64,000 nt of DNA. It comes from Scyliorhinus canicula. Lineage: Eukaryota. The DNA is taken from contig NW_024056036.1 in NCBI RefSeq assembly GCF_902713615.1, forward strand, positions 186,001-250,000. Direction: 5' to 3'. The translations under genes and the position numbers were made by a program. This document shows, one piece after another, positions 9,866-20,998 of this stretch (position 1 is its first letter; every line of letters begins with the position of its first letter). The notes beneath the pieces are model-generated. The model made no database searches and had not been told where the DNA came from. It worked only from the letters and a program-made list of their open reading frames with translations.

Positions 9866-12800
9866 CCACCTGAACCGAGCTGGGACCAGTGTTCTGGCGA
9901 AAAGAGTAAATAGGGTGGTCAATAGGACTTTAAACTAGAGATTGGGGGGGAAGGGAAAGTCAGGGAACCAAGAGGTGAAGGAATCAGTGGGAAGCGTAGC
10001 TGCTTAGGATTACAAAAAAATCACGAAAAGACAGAGCTCAGGAGAGGTTACGATAGTCCCCATCTCACAAAATATGACACAGTGTATGGAAAGGCTCAGT
10101 AAACCAAGGTCCACCACACTAAGAAAACAAAAAGGGACAGTCAATAGGGAATTAAAGGTGCTATATTTAAATGCCCGCAGTGTACGGAACAAGGTAGATG
10201 AGCTTGTGGCCCAGATTGTGACTGGCAGGTATGATGTGGTAGGCATCACAGAGACGTGGTTGCAGGGGGTTCACGACTGGCAGTTAAACATCCAGGGATT
10301 TACAACCTATCGAAAAGACAGAGAGGTGGGTAGAGGGGGCGGGGTTGCCTTGTTAATTAGAAATGAAATTAAATCAATAGCACTAAACGACATAGGGTCA
10401 GACGATGTGGAGTCTGTGTGGGTAGAGTTGAGGAACCACAAAGGCAAAAAAACCATAATGGGAGTTATGTACAGGCCTCCTGACAGTGGTCAGGACCAGG
10501 GGCACAAAATGCACCACGAAATAGAAAGGGCATGTCAGAAAGGCAAGGTCACAGTGATCATGGGGGACTTCAATATGCAGGTGGACTGGGTAAATAATGT
10601 TGCCAGTGGACCCAAAGAAAGGGAATTCATTGAATGTTTACAGGATGGCTTTTTGGAACAGCTTGTGATGGAGCCCACGAGGGAACAGGCTATTCTGGAC
10701 TTAGTGTTATGTAATGAGCCAGAATTGATAAAAGACCTTAAAGTAAGGGAACACTTAGGAAGCAGTGATCATAATATGGTAGAATTCAGTCTGCAATTTG
10801 AAAGAAAGAAGGTAGAATCAGATGTAAAGGTTTTACAGTTAAATAAAGGTAATTACAGGCGCATGAGGGAGGAACTGACGAAAATCGACTGGAAGCAGAG
10901 CCTAGTGGGAAAGACAGTAGAACAGCAATGGCAGGAGTTTCTGGGAGTAATTGAGGACACAGTGCAGAGGTTCAATCCAAAGAAAAGAAAGGTTATCAGA
11001 GGGAGGATTAGGCAGCCATGGCTGACAAAGGAAGTCAGGGAATGCATCAAGGCAAAAGAGAGAGCCTATAATGTGGCAAAGAGTAGTGGGAAGTCAGAAG
11101 ATTGGGAAGGCTACAAAAACAAACAGAGGATAACAAAGAGAGAAATAAGGAAGGAGAGGATCAAATATGAAGGTAGGCTAGCCAGTAACATTAGGAATGA
11201 TAGTAAAAGTTTCTTTAAATACATTAAAAACAAACGGGAGGCAAAAGTAGACATTGGGCCGCTCCAAAATGACGCTGGTAATCTAGTGATGGGAGACAAG
11301 GGAATAGCTGAGGAACTTAATAAGTACTTTGCGTCAGTCTTCACAGTAGAAGACATGAGTAATATCCCAACAATTCAGGAAAGTCAGGGGGCAGAGTTGA
11401 ATATGGTTGCCATCGCAAAGGAGAAGGTGCTAGAGAAACTAAAAGGTCTGAAAATTGATAAATCTCCGGGCCCAGATGGGCTACATCCTAGAGTTCTAAA
11501 GGAGATAGCTGAAGAAATAGTGGAGGCGTTAGTTATGATCTTTCAAAAGTCACTGGAATCAGGGAAAGTCCCAGAGGATTGGAAAATCGCTGTTGTAACC
11601 CCCCTGTTCAAGAAGGGAACAAGAAAAAAGATGGAAAATTATAGGCCAATTAGCCTAACCTCGGTTGTTGGCAAAATTCTAGAATCCATCGTTAAGGATG
11701 AGATTTCTAAATTCTTGGAAGTGCAGGGTCGGATTAGGACAAGTCAGCATGGATTTAGTAAGGGGAGGTCGTGCCTGACAAACCTGTTAGAGTTCTTTGA
11801 AGAGATAGCAAACAGGTTAGACCAAGGAGAGCCAATGGATGTTATCTATCTTGACTTCCAAAAGGCCTTTGACAAGGTGCCTCACGGGAGACTGCTGAGT
11901 AAAATAAGGGCCCATGGTATTCGAGGCAAGGTACTAACATGGATTGACGATTGGCTGTCAGACAGAAGGCAGAGAGTTGGGATAAAAGGTTCTTTTTCGG
12001 AATGGCAACCGGTGACAAGTGGTGTCCCGCAGGGTTCAGTGTTGGGGCCACAGCTGTTCTCTTTATATATTAACGATCTAGATGACGGGACTGGGGGCAT
12101 TCTGGCCAAGTTTGCCGATGATACAAAGATAGGTGGAGGGGCAGGTAGTATTGAGGAGGTGGGGAGGCTGCAGAAAGATTTAGACAGTTTAGGAGAATGG
12201 TCCCAGAAGTGGCTGATGAAATTCAACGTGGGCAAGTGCGAGGTCTTGCACTTTGGAAAAAAGAATAGAGGCATGGACTATTTTCTAAACGGTGACAAAA
12301 TTCATAATGCTAAAGTGCAAAGGGACTTGGGAGTCCTAGTCCAGGATTCTCTAAAGGTAAACTTGCAGGTTGAGTCCGTAATTAAAAAAGCAAATGTAAT
12401 GTTGTCATTTATCTCAAGAGGCTTGGAATATAAAAGCAGGGATGTACTTCTGAGGCGTTATAAAGCACTAGTTAGGCCCCATTTAGAATACTGTGAGCAA
12501 TTTTGGGCCCCATACCTCAGGAAGGACATACTGGCACTGGAGCGGGTCCAACGGAGATTCACACGGATGATCCCAGGAATGGTAGGCCTAACATACGATG
12601 AACGTCTGAGGATCGTGGGATTATATTCATTGGAGTTTAGGAGGTTGAGGGGAGATCTAATAGAAACGTACAAGATAACGAATGGCTTGGATAGGATGGA
12701 CGTAGGGAAGTTGTTTCCATTAGCAGGGGAGACTAGGACGCGGGGGCACAGCCTTAGAATAAAAGGGAGTCACTTTAGAACAGAGATGAGGAGAAATTTC

Positions 12801-13037
12801 TTCAGCCAGAGAGTGGTAGGTCTGTGGAATTCATTGCCACAGAGGGCGGTGGAGGCCGGGACGTTGAGTGTCTTTAAGACAGAAATTGATAAATTCTTGA
12901 TTTCTCGAGGAATTAAGGGCTATGGGGAGAGAGCGGGTAAATGGAGTTGAAATCAACCATGATTGAATGGTGGAGTGGACTCGATGGGCCGAATGGCCTT
13001 ACTTCCACTCCTATGTCTTATGGTCTTATGGTCTTAT
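9866..13037 (+). mobile_element. 5'-truncated CR1-clade LINE with intact ORF2
   Basis: Begins in the ORF1 esterase C-terminus (HLNRAGTSVLAKRVNRVVNRTLN*, 9867-9938) and ends in (GGTCTTAT)n tail; paralogous units show the empty site. Confidence 0.95.
10074..12950 (+). CDS. CR1 ORF2: apurinic endonuclease plus reverse transcriptase, 958 aa, uninterrupted
   Basis: LYLNARS, GITETW, MGDFN and SDHN endonuclease motifs; PGPDG, QHGF, GVPQGSVLGP and FADD RT motifs. Confidence 0.95.
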   Translation: MTQCMERLSKPRSTTLRKQKGTVNRELKVLYLNARSVRNKVDELVAQIVTGRYDVVGITETWLQGVHDWQLNIQGFTTYRKDREVGRGGGVALLIRNEIKSIALNDIGSDDVESVWVELRNHKGKKTIMGVMYRPPDSGQDQGHKMHHEIERACQKGKVTVIMGDFNMQVDWVNNVASGPKEREFIECLQDGFLEQLVMEPTREQAILDLVLCNEPELIKDLKVREHLGSSDHNMVEFSLQFERKKVESDVKVLQLNKGNYRRMREELTKIDWKQSLVGKTVEQQWQEFLGVIEDTVQRFNPKKRKVIRGRIRQPWLTKEVRECIKAKERAYNVAKSSGKSEDWEGYKNKQRITKREIRKERIKYEGRLASNIRNDSKSFFKYIKNKREAKVDIGPLQNDAGNLVMGDKGIAEELNKYFASVFTVEDMSNIPTIQESQGAELNMVAIAKEKVLEKLKGLKIDKSPGPDGLHPRVLKEIAEEIVEALVMIFQKSLESGKVPEDWKIAVVTPLFKKGTRKKMENYRPISLTSVVGKILESIVKDEISKFLEVQGRIRTSQHGFSKGRSCLTNLLEFFEEIANRLDQGEPMDVIYLDFQKAFDKVPHGRLLSKIRAHGIRGKVLTWIDDWLSDRRQRVGIKGSFSEWQPVTSGVPQGSVLGPQLFSLYINDLDDGTGGILAKFADDTKIGGGAGSIEEVGRLQKDLDSLGEWSQKWLMKFNVGKCEVLHFGKKNRGMDYFLNGDKIHNAKVQRDLGVLVQDSLKVNLQVESVIKKANVMLSFISRGLEYKSRDVLLRRYKALVRPHLEYCEQFWAPYLRKDILALERVQRRFTRMIPGMVGLTYDERLRIVGLYSLEFRRLRGDLIETYKITNGLDRMDVGKLFPLAGETRTRGHSLRIKGSHFRTEMRRNFFSQRVVGLWNSLPQRAVEAGTLSVFKTEIDKFLISRGIKGYGERAGKWS

Positions 13038-13124
13038 ATAAGGTAGTCTGGCGGCATTTGTCGACAGGACAGCAAAGTTCGTCTTTCACCATCACCTTTC
13101 ATTAAAACCGGGACAGGTTAGAAA

Positions 13125-13366
13125 TCAGAAGGGGGTTCAGTACAGTTAGATTGCGGATATACAGACAGGACCATGTACCACATGCTATGGTATCAGCAAA
13201 AGCCGGCACAGCCGCCGAGATTGGTCATCATTAACATATTGACGATGAAGAAAGAGGAGATCTCAGGACGATAACTGGCGGCTGCCAACAAGTCTAAAAA
13301 GAATGGTCACCTCAATATAAACGCGCTCAGTGTGGAGGATGGAGCGGTCTATTACTGTGCAATGAG
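13125..13366 (+). pseudogene. TRAV/TRDV: TCR V pseudogene (V2): leaderless, 5'-truncated, in-frame TAA at 13272-13274
   Basis: SEGGSVQLDC...WYQQKP...GR*LAA...EDGAVYYCAMS. Confidence 0.9.
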
Positions 13367-13405
13367 CACAGTGTCACAAAGCAGCTACAACCACGTACGG
13401 AAGCC
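13367..13405 (+). other. 23-bp-spacer RSS of V2
   Basis: CACAGTG + 23 nt + ACGGAAGCC. Confidence 0.85.
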
Positions 13406-13970
13406 TCAGAGAGTATTTTCAATTCCAGTAAATTTGCGTTCCTGCCCTTGTACCGGAGGATGGTTTGATCGGATTCAGAAACATACTCAGGTCTATTTCT
13501 CCACAATTGCATTGCCGTCTCTGTCCTTGTATAGGTCAATAGAGGAGCCGTTTCGGATTCGTGAGATTAATCAGCATGTCGCGATGCACAGTAATTTTAA
13601 GCTTGGAATATCCACTTCCGAGCAGCAGTAATGAAAGTTCTCAATGTGGGGATAATAAAATCTTTCAGGACCGTTAACTTAGGTCGACCTTATGCCAATG
13701 AGTCTGAGCCCCTAGTAGTCTTCAGCGGAACATCGACTTTCTGATCGAAAATACATCAAACCTATGTTGACACTTACTGCTTTCTGTTATGGAGGTTCCC
13801 AGATAAGGGACGTGTTTCAAAGAAAGTGTGGTGCTGTCCAAGTGAGTTCTGTAAAATCCACGGGCCTGTGATGATTCCACGTCTCACAAACGTCCAAGCC
13901 CGCGGGACCATGTGTACGCTCCTTCCAGATATTTTCACACTGCCTCAGGGGACCCTGTGATCCTGTTGTC

Positions 13971-14009
<39 letters not shown>

Positions 14010-14044
14010 TCGAAAGGTTGGTGGTTCGATCCCACCCAGAGACG
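13971..14044 (+). tRNA. tRNA-Asn-GTT: tRNA-Asn(GTT)
   Basis: GTCTCCGTGGCGCAATCGGTTAGCGCGTTCGGCTGTTAATCGAAAGGTTGGTGGTTCGATCCCACCCAGAGACG; one acceptor mismatch. Confidence 0.9.
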
Positions 14045-14084
14045 AATTGTTGTTCCACTCCTGGATGATATGTTTTTACGGGTG

Positions 14085-14250
14085 TTTAGGACAGGGCTAA
14101 ATCGCTGGCTTTGAAAGCAGGCCAAGCAGGCCAGCAGCACAGTTCGATTCCCGTAACAGCCTCCCCGAACAGGCGCCGGAATGTGACGACTATGGGATTT
14201 TCAGTGCAACTTCATTTGAAGACGACTCGTGACAATAAGCGATTTTCCTG
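14085..14250 (+). mobile_element. tRNA-derived SINE (same family as the minus copy at 60850-61025)
   Basis: Shared GGGCTAAATCGCTGGCTTT...GTTCGATTCCCGTA head and GTGACAATAAGCGA tail. Confidence 0.7.
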
Positions 14251-14669
14251 TTCTGATAACACGTACCGTGCACCGGCTGTGGCATGGAGTTGCCTCTATT
14301 GCTGTAATATCCTTCATAGCGCCGAGCTGGGGAATAGCTCAACGATGCTGTGTCTCCCTCGATAACTCAGGAGATTGTGACACCTCCTCACGGACCTGCT
14401 AAGAGACGAATGTTGAGCAGGAGTTGGCTATTCATCCCCTTGAGCCTTCTCCAACATTCAATAAGTTCGTGACAGATGCGAACGTGACCTCAGATTCACA
14501 TTTCACCTACCCCGGCTAACCTTTGATTACCTTTTCAGTTGAGAATCCAACCACATCTGTCTTAAAATCTTCAATGGGCCTATCTCAGCGGTCTCTGGAG
14601 AAGAATCCCTCAGAAAAAAAGCCCAAAGATCTACATAACCGGGCCGGGTCGAGCAGTATCTCTGGCCAT

Positions 14670-14840
14670 GATGTGGAGATGCCGGCGCTGGACTGGGGTG
14701 AGCACAGTAAGAAGTCTTACAACACCAGGTTAAATGATTCTGTTTTGTGATTCACCTGAGGAAGGAGCTGCCCTCCGAAAGCTCGTGTTTGAAACAAACC
14801 TGTTGGACTTTAACCTGGTGTTGTAAGACGTCTTACTGTA
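14670..14840. mobile_element. Miniature Penelope terminus with inverted repeat and hammerhead-like motif (14753-14787)
   Basis: CAGTAAGAAGTCTTACAACACCAGGTTAAA (14705-14734) is inverted at 14808-14837; same terminus as 45555 and 47000-47130. Confidence 0.75.
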
Positions 14841-14841
14841 T

Positions 14842-15432
14842 CTCTGGCAGCAGCGCATCCCTTCCCGATGAACTTAATGCATTCTATGCTGGGTTTGAGC
14901 AGGTAACCAACAATCCACTGTCGAGTGCCCCAGCAGCCCTTAATTCACCCATACCCACCATCACAGTTTCCGAAGTCAGATCGGCCTTCCTGAAAGTGAA
15001 CCCACGGAACGCGACGGGCCCGGATGGGATCCCTGGTCGTGCACTCAGAGCCTGCGCATACCAGCTGGCAGAGGTATTCACAGACATCTTTAACCTATCC
15101 CTACTCCACTCCGAGGTACCCACCTGCTTCAAGAAGACCACCATCATACCGGTACCAAAGAAGAACGAGGCAGCATGCCTCAATGACTACCCTCCGTCGG
15201 CCCTGACGTCAGTTGTAATGAAGTGCTTCCAGAGGCTGATCATGAAGCGCATCACCTCCATACTCCTAGAGCGCCTTGACCCACTTCAATTCGCATACCG
15301 TCACAACCGGTCAACATTAGACGGCATTTCCCTGGCCCTACACTCATCCCAAGAGCATCTCGAAAACAAGGACACCTACATCAGACTCCTATTTATTGAC
15401 TACAGCTCCGCCTTCAACACCATAATCCCAAA
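14842..15432 (+). mobile_element. Rex1/Babar-type LINE reverse transcriptase fragment
   Basis: LPDELNAFY...GPDGIPGRAL...QLAEVFTDIFNLSL...LDPLQFAYR...RLLFIDYSSAFNTIIP. Confidence 0.8.
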
Positions 15433-15948
15433 AATCGCGGGTTCGGATCCCGCCCGTGCCTCGGTGCTGATCCATTCAAAGTCCTCTGTAACGTTTCATT
15501 GTCTCGCAAACACTTGCAGCATGAAATATCATCCACCTATTTTCTTCATAGGACATTTCACCTTCAGCTAATGAAAATAATTCCAGACAATTTGGTCTCT
15601 GAAAAAAGCGATGTTCAGAGCAGTTCCCCTTTTGTACCTTCTTCGTCAGAACCAAAATAAAGAAAACTAGTCTGTTGAGCCCTGCTATTATTCTGAGTTC
15701 TAACCTCCGCATGTCCACCAAAGTCTTGGCATTCTTTCGACTTCGTCCTAAGGTGTGAACCGAGAACTCCAGGGATGATTTGCACAGATTAAGCATCGTT
15801 TTTTGATTAGAAACACCTATAGTGACAAAGATAGTTTATAAACAGCTGAAATATAGATTTCTGTCTAGGTTTCCCGTCCTGATATGCATTGGAGTCAACA
15901 CTGAATCCACTCAACAGCCGAATTCTAACACGGAGTAAACCGAATCCG

Positions 15949-15962
15949 GCAGCAGAGGGCGC
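15949..15962 (+). promoter_or_regulatory. CTCF-like motif upstream of V3
   Basis: GCAGCAGAGGGCGC, 13/14 to CCASYAGRKGGCRS, about 175 bp upstream of the leader ATG. Confidence 0.55.
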
Positions 15963-16028
15963 CAAATTCAAGCACGGGCGTCAGAAACTCACCTGATGGT
16001 TTCAGCCAAGCCGATAGGATGGGAGGCG

Positions 16029-16038
16029 AGTGATGTCA
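16029..16038 (+). promoter_or_regulatory. CRE-like TCR V-promoter decamer
   Basis: AGTGATGTCA about 100 bp upstream of the V3 ATG; identical copy at 23123-23132 upstream of V4. Confidence 0.6.
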
Positions 16039-16134
16039 CAATAGACCCTCTCCCTGCACTGCACTAAGTTCCCTCTCTCCTCCACAATCCCTGACTCAGT
16101 TAAGTCCAGTTCACTGAGAGAGATTCAGTCAGAC

Positions 16135-16883
16135 ATGTTAGTGATAATACTGGCGGCTTTGGCACAGTAAGTAGTTATAGTGCTAATTAAACCAGATTAG
16201 CATATTAATACACATCGGCTGGAGTATAATTAACGATCGGGAATGTCTATGAAGTGCCTGCATCAGAGGTCCCAGAAAATGCCGCAGATACAAGCAAATT
16301 TGTATCAAATCTGTTTAAACTCAGGGCGGCACGGTGGCGCAATGGTTGGCACTGCTGCCTCATTGCATTGAGGACACGGGTTCGATCCCGGTCCCAGATC
16401 ACTGTCCGTGTGGTGTTTGAACATTCTCACTCCCACAACCTAGATGTACAGGCTCAGTGGACTAGCCACGCTAAAAAGCACCTCTTAATTGAACAAACTT
16501 AAACTTTATAAAGGAACAACAATCTGTTCATTTCAGTCCTTCGCTTTCGCAGGCCGGCAATGTTCAATCCAGTAGCTCAGTCACCAGTGACAATAACAGT
16601 TTCAGAAGGGGCTTCGGTGAAGTTAAATTGCCAATATAAAGGCCCCAACAAGTACAAAATGCAATGATATCAGGAGAAACCGGCACAGCCACCGAGATGG
16701 ATTATCACCAACAAGTCAGCAATGAAGAAAGATGTGGGTTCAGGACGATATCTGGCGTTTGCTGACAAATCTAAACAGAACGGTTACCTCAGTATAAGCG
16801 CATTCGATGTGGAGGATGGGGAGGTCTATTACTGCGCACTGAGAAACAGCGTTAGAGAAAACCTAAAGCCCCGTACACAACAC
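16135..16883 (+). pseudogene. TRAV/TRDV: TCR V pseudogene (V3): leader 16135-16166, V exon 16553-16844, defective RSS 16845-16883
   Basis: MLVIILAALA leader 2 nt short; VAQSPVTITVSEGASVKLNC; Trp41 is TGA (16665-16667); frameshift; EDGEVYYCALR; heptamer AACAGCG, 23 spacer, ACACAACAC. Confidence 0.9.
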
Positions 16884-17326
16884 TGAGTGAGTGTTTACAG
16901 CATCACTGAGGTTCCTTTCCGAGAAGGAATTGATCCCAGGCTCAGGCAAGCAATCAGGTCAATTTACCGGACATGTCTCTGTCCTTGTGTAGATCAAGAG
17001 AGGAATAGTTTGGGAAATCGTGAGAGCTATGGTTGAAAATATCAGCCATGATTGAATGGCAGAGCGGACTCGATGGGCCAAGTGACCTAATTCTGCTCCT
17101 ATGCCTAATAGTCTTATGGTCTTATTATGGTCTATCATACCGCAAATTGTATTGTAACTTTAAAACCAGAATATCTACCTACCGGCAGAGGGTGGCACTC
17201 AACTGAGGAGATGGACGAAAATCATGGCCTGCTCTTGCAGAAAGTCCAAGGACAAAGACCTGTTCTTTTAACGCAAAGCAGAATGGATAAATACATGCTG
17301 CGGTACAAAATGTACAAGGTACTTAA

Positions 17327-17640
17327 TGGGCGGCACTGTGGCTCAGTGGGTTGCTCTGCTGCCTCATGCTCCTAGGACCCGCGTTCGATTCCCGGTTTGG
17401 TTCTCGATCTGTGCGGAGTCTGCACGTCCTCCCCGTGTCTACGTGGGTTTCCTCCGGGTGCTCCGGTTTCCTCACTCAAGTCCCGAAAAGACGTGTTGTT
17501 AGGTGAATTGGACATTCTGAATTCTCCCTCTGTGCACCTGAACAGGGGCCGGAGTGTGGTGACTCGGGAATTTTCACAGTAACTTAATTGCAGTGTTAAT
17601 GTAAGCCTACTTATGACACTAGTGAAGATTATTATTACGA
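17327..17640 (+). mobile_element. tRNA-derived SINE (V-SINE-like core); a shorter SINE lies at 16323-16480 in the V3 intron
   Basis: A/B-box head, GTGGGTTTCCTCCGGGTGCTCCGGTTTCCTC core and ATT tail. Same family (minus) at 35965-36262, 37585-37745 and 63115-63345. Confidence 0.75.
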
Positions 17641-18491
17641 CAATGTACGCTTAATGTATAATAACCGCCGAGCAACATGAGAATTACTAACAGTTGGGAC
17701 ATGGGAAGCACATAGTGCCAGGTTTAGACTTTAATAGAAATCAATTTTTCGATCGAAAATACCTGAAATTTCTGTTGACACGACATGTCTTCTGTTCGAT
17801 TCCCACGCAGATCAGGGACATACTGCGCCCATTTATGTTATGAAGAGACGTTGCATAGTTTTGGGTGTACAGGATTATGAGGGGCATGGCAGGGTGGATA
17901 GGGAGCAGTTGTTCCCCTTAGTTGAAGGGTCAGTTACGGGGGGACACAAGTTCAAGGTGAGGGGCAGGAGGTTCTGGTGAATTTGAGGAAAATCTTATTT
18001 AGCCAGAGGATGGTGACTGTCTGGAGTAAACTACGTGGGAGGGTGGTAGAGGCAGTGTGCTCCACATCCATTAAATAGTATCTGGCTGAACACACGGCAC
18101 GTCTTCACATACAAGGTTATGGAACACGTGCTGGCAAATGAGGTCCTGTAGTTAGTCCTGTATTTTTCACATGCTGGTGCAGACTCGATTGACCGGAAGG
18201 CCTCATCTGAATTGCTTGGTTCTGTGCATCTGTGATTCTGAGTGCTATAACACTCCTGGCACTATAATAATTCCGCGAGTGACAAACTTCCAGGATTTCT
18301 ACGTACATATTTATGTCCAGGTATTGGCTGCCCAATTTTACTGGCCTTGTCTTTCACTGGCGTGTCACTGGCAATCAGAGGAATGCATTTCTCTGCTGCA
18401 ATAAAGCAAGATGTGATAATGTTGTGATAACAAGTACCGTGAGCCGGCTGCGGTATTGGGATCGCCACACCATTGAAGGATACGGCCTGCT

Positions 18492-18557
18492 GGACCTCTC
18501 GCAAATTCCGACAGCGAGACACCCAAAGCGAGAATCATACCCCTAGACCAACGCGCC
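18492..18557 (-). pseudogene. tRNA-Pro-TGG: 3'-truncated tRNA-Pro(TGG) with 18-nt insert
   Basis: GGCGCGTTGGTCTAGGGGTATGATTCTCGCTTTGGG-TGTCTCGCTGTCGGAATT-TGCGAGAGGTCC, then unrelated DNA. Confidence 0.85.
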
Positions 18558-19787
18558 CCGCGAAAAGAGCCAAACCATACTGTCATTGCCATCGAAAATC
18601 AATCTAACATCTGCGGAGAACGCCAAAAGTACTGCACCATCTCAGGTAGTCAGGCGGCATTTGTCGACAGGACAACAATGTTCGTCTTTCACCATCACCT
18701 TTCATTAAAACCGGGACAGGTTAGAAATGTAGTACGTCTTAACCAATTGAACTCTCAGAGGGAGGAAACAGAACAACAGGAAAGGGCTCTAATAGGGGGC
18801 AAGTCAGGAGAGATTAAACGAGAAGAGGCCTTGGGACCTGGCCACAGAGTTAGGTTAGCATCAAATCAGAGAATAATGACACCACAGTATGAGGCCATTC
18901 CGGCCGCCGTGTCTGTGCCAGCTCTCTGTTAGCGCAATGGAAGAAACAAAGAAACAAAAGATATGTCTGGAGGAGCTATCGATGGCAGATTGATCAACAA
19001 CTACCGCCCGGACACAGAGAACAAGTGGAAACAAGATTGAAACCCAAATCTGCGATGTAAGGACACACAAAATGGTTGCAGCATTTACAGTGTGAAACTG
19101 CTGAACACACACTGAGTGTGAAAATGGATTGAGCCCAGTGGAAAGATGCGCTGCTGTTCCTCGAGTGTCTGTTGAGCTTCTTTGGAACATTTCACGACGC
19201 CGAGGTCCGGGAGGTCAGCGTTAAGATGCAGCTCTCCAGTCAGTTCAATTCTCCACTTTGGCTGTGGATTAGATGGGTCATGTCCCCGTGGTTAACACAG
19301 ATCTGGAGCATCAATTTTATCCAAACGAACTCCAGCTCAGACACTGTCTCTCTCTCTCTCGAGCATCATCTGTGGGGAGAGAAACGACGTAAACATTCTG
19401 AGTCCTGAGAAATCTTTTTCAGAGTGGGCCAATGTAAATCAACCCCGCCGTCAGCATCGCAAACAATTCATAATCTCTGACCTGGAGTAAAGGGCCTGCC
19501 CTGGATTTAAACCCACGACCACTCCCATAGGCATTGATTGAAAATCCCTAAACGAGAACCAGGCCTCGCGACCAAAGAGCACAAATTTAAGACCGACATT
19601 AAGCAAAATATAACTTATGTTAATTTCGATATAATTTCTACATCTCACGGCATTATATGTTGAGACATTTGATAATTTAAGAAACAGCTGTCGCTTGCAA
19701 CAAGGGACCTGGCCTCTCAAACAGACCATCAGAATCTGCAGCACCGCAGTGAGGTTGTACATTCCGCACGTCCATTAATGGCCAGCG

Positions 19788-19860
19788 GTTTCTGTAGTGT
19801 AGTGGTTATCACATTCGCCTCACACGCGAACGGTCCCCGGTTCGAAACCGGGCAGAAACA
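19788..19860 (+). tRNA. tRNA-Val-CAC: tRNA-Val(CAC), intact
   Basis: GTTTCTGTAGTGTAGTGGTTATCACATTCGCCTCACACGCGAACGGTCCCCGGTTCGAAACCGGGCAGAAACA; all stems pair. Confidence 0.92.
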
Positions 19861-20908
19861 TCGAGCATTTAGCATTTCGTGTGAGAAAAGTTTGCACAAT
19901 TATTGGGCACTAAATAATTCTGTTCCTGAATGTTGCCGGAATCTCGTGTGTTCCAGGACTATGAGATTTCGTCTCACACGAGCCACTAAACTGAATTGAA
20001 CATTAAGGCCCAAGCACTGAATTTTCGGCAGGCAATGAGAGGTGAAGAATTTTCGTATCTTGGCACAGCTCGGATATTAGCAGCTCGTTCATCCACAACA
20101 GAATTTCAGCGATTTAGAAATGAACACATTTAATCACCATCTCAAACATGTCTAAATGTGTGACAAATGCAACTTACTGCGGATGCTTCAAACGGAAACA
20201 AAAACAGAAAATACTGGATAATCTCAGCAGGTCTGACAGCCTCTGGGGAGCGAAATGGCAGCTGTCGTTTCCAGTCAAGTGGACTCTTTGTCAAAGCTGG
20301 AGAACTGGAACTGGAGATTCAGACGATTGTGGGTGGGGGGTGGGGGTGGTGGAGTGCTGTATTGGGCCTCGATAGAGGGCTAGCAATAGGTGGGAAATGA
20401 CGAAAATGTCTCGGGCAGAAAGAAAAAGGGAATGTAAATCAGGTTAATCAAGGCTATGAAAGGTGCTGATGGTGCATCAAGCGGTCAGAATGTGTTAATG
20501 GCAGAACAAAGGTAAGCAGTGCGTCAGAGAACAATTACAAACAGGGATCAGATTGCTGAAGTAGGATGGTATGGGCTGGGGGGAGGTGGGCAATGCTGAG
20601 GGTAAAACATATCAATGGAAGGAATGATAAGTTGATGGAAAAACATGTGGTGGAGGGGGAAGTGAGAGTTCACAGTCTGAAGTTGCTGAACTGATAAAAT
20701 GAAAGGGACAGAGAGCTGTCTGAGTCCACCAGAATTAGTCAATAGAAATGTGAATGCCCACACACAGACACGCTTCTCGGGAACGTATTGGTTCCCTGCA
20801 GTTTGAACTCAGCTTCTCAAAGCAAACACAATGTGAATGAATCCCGCCGTCTCCGCCGCAAAGAAATGAAGAAAACATGCGGTTTGACCAACGGAAAACC
20901 TCATCGAA

Positions 20909-20998
20909 GGGCTCGTCCGGGATTTGAACCCGGGATCTCTCGCAAATTCCGTCAGCGAGACACCCAAAGCGAGAATCATAACCCTAGACCAACGATCC
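20909..20998 (-). tRNA. tRNA-Pro-TGG: tRNA-Pro(TGG) with 18-nt intron, nearly intact (C3 changed to A)
   Basis: 90 nt; intact B box GGTTCAAATCC; insert TGTCTCGCTGACGGAATT. Confidence 0.85.

Noticed and set aside
15437-15453. tRNA gene at GCGGGTTCGGATCCCGC
   Set aside because: Only an isolated T-arm-like hairpin; no A box or cloverleaf.
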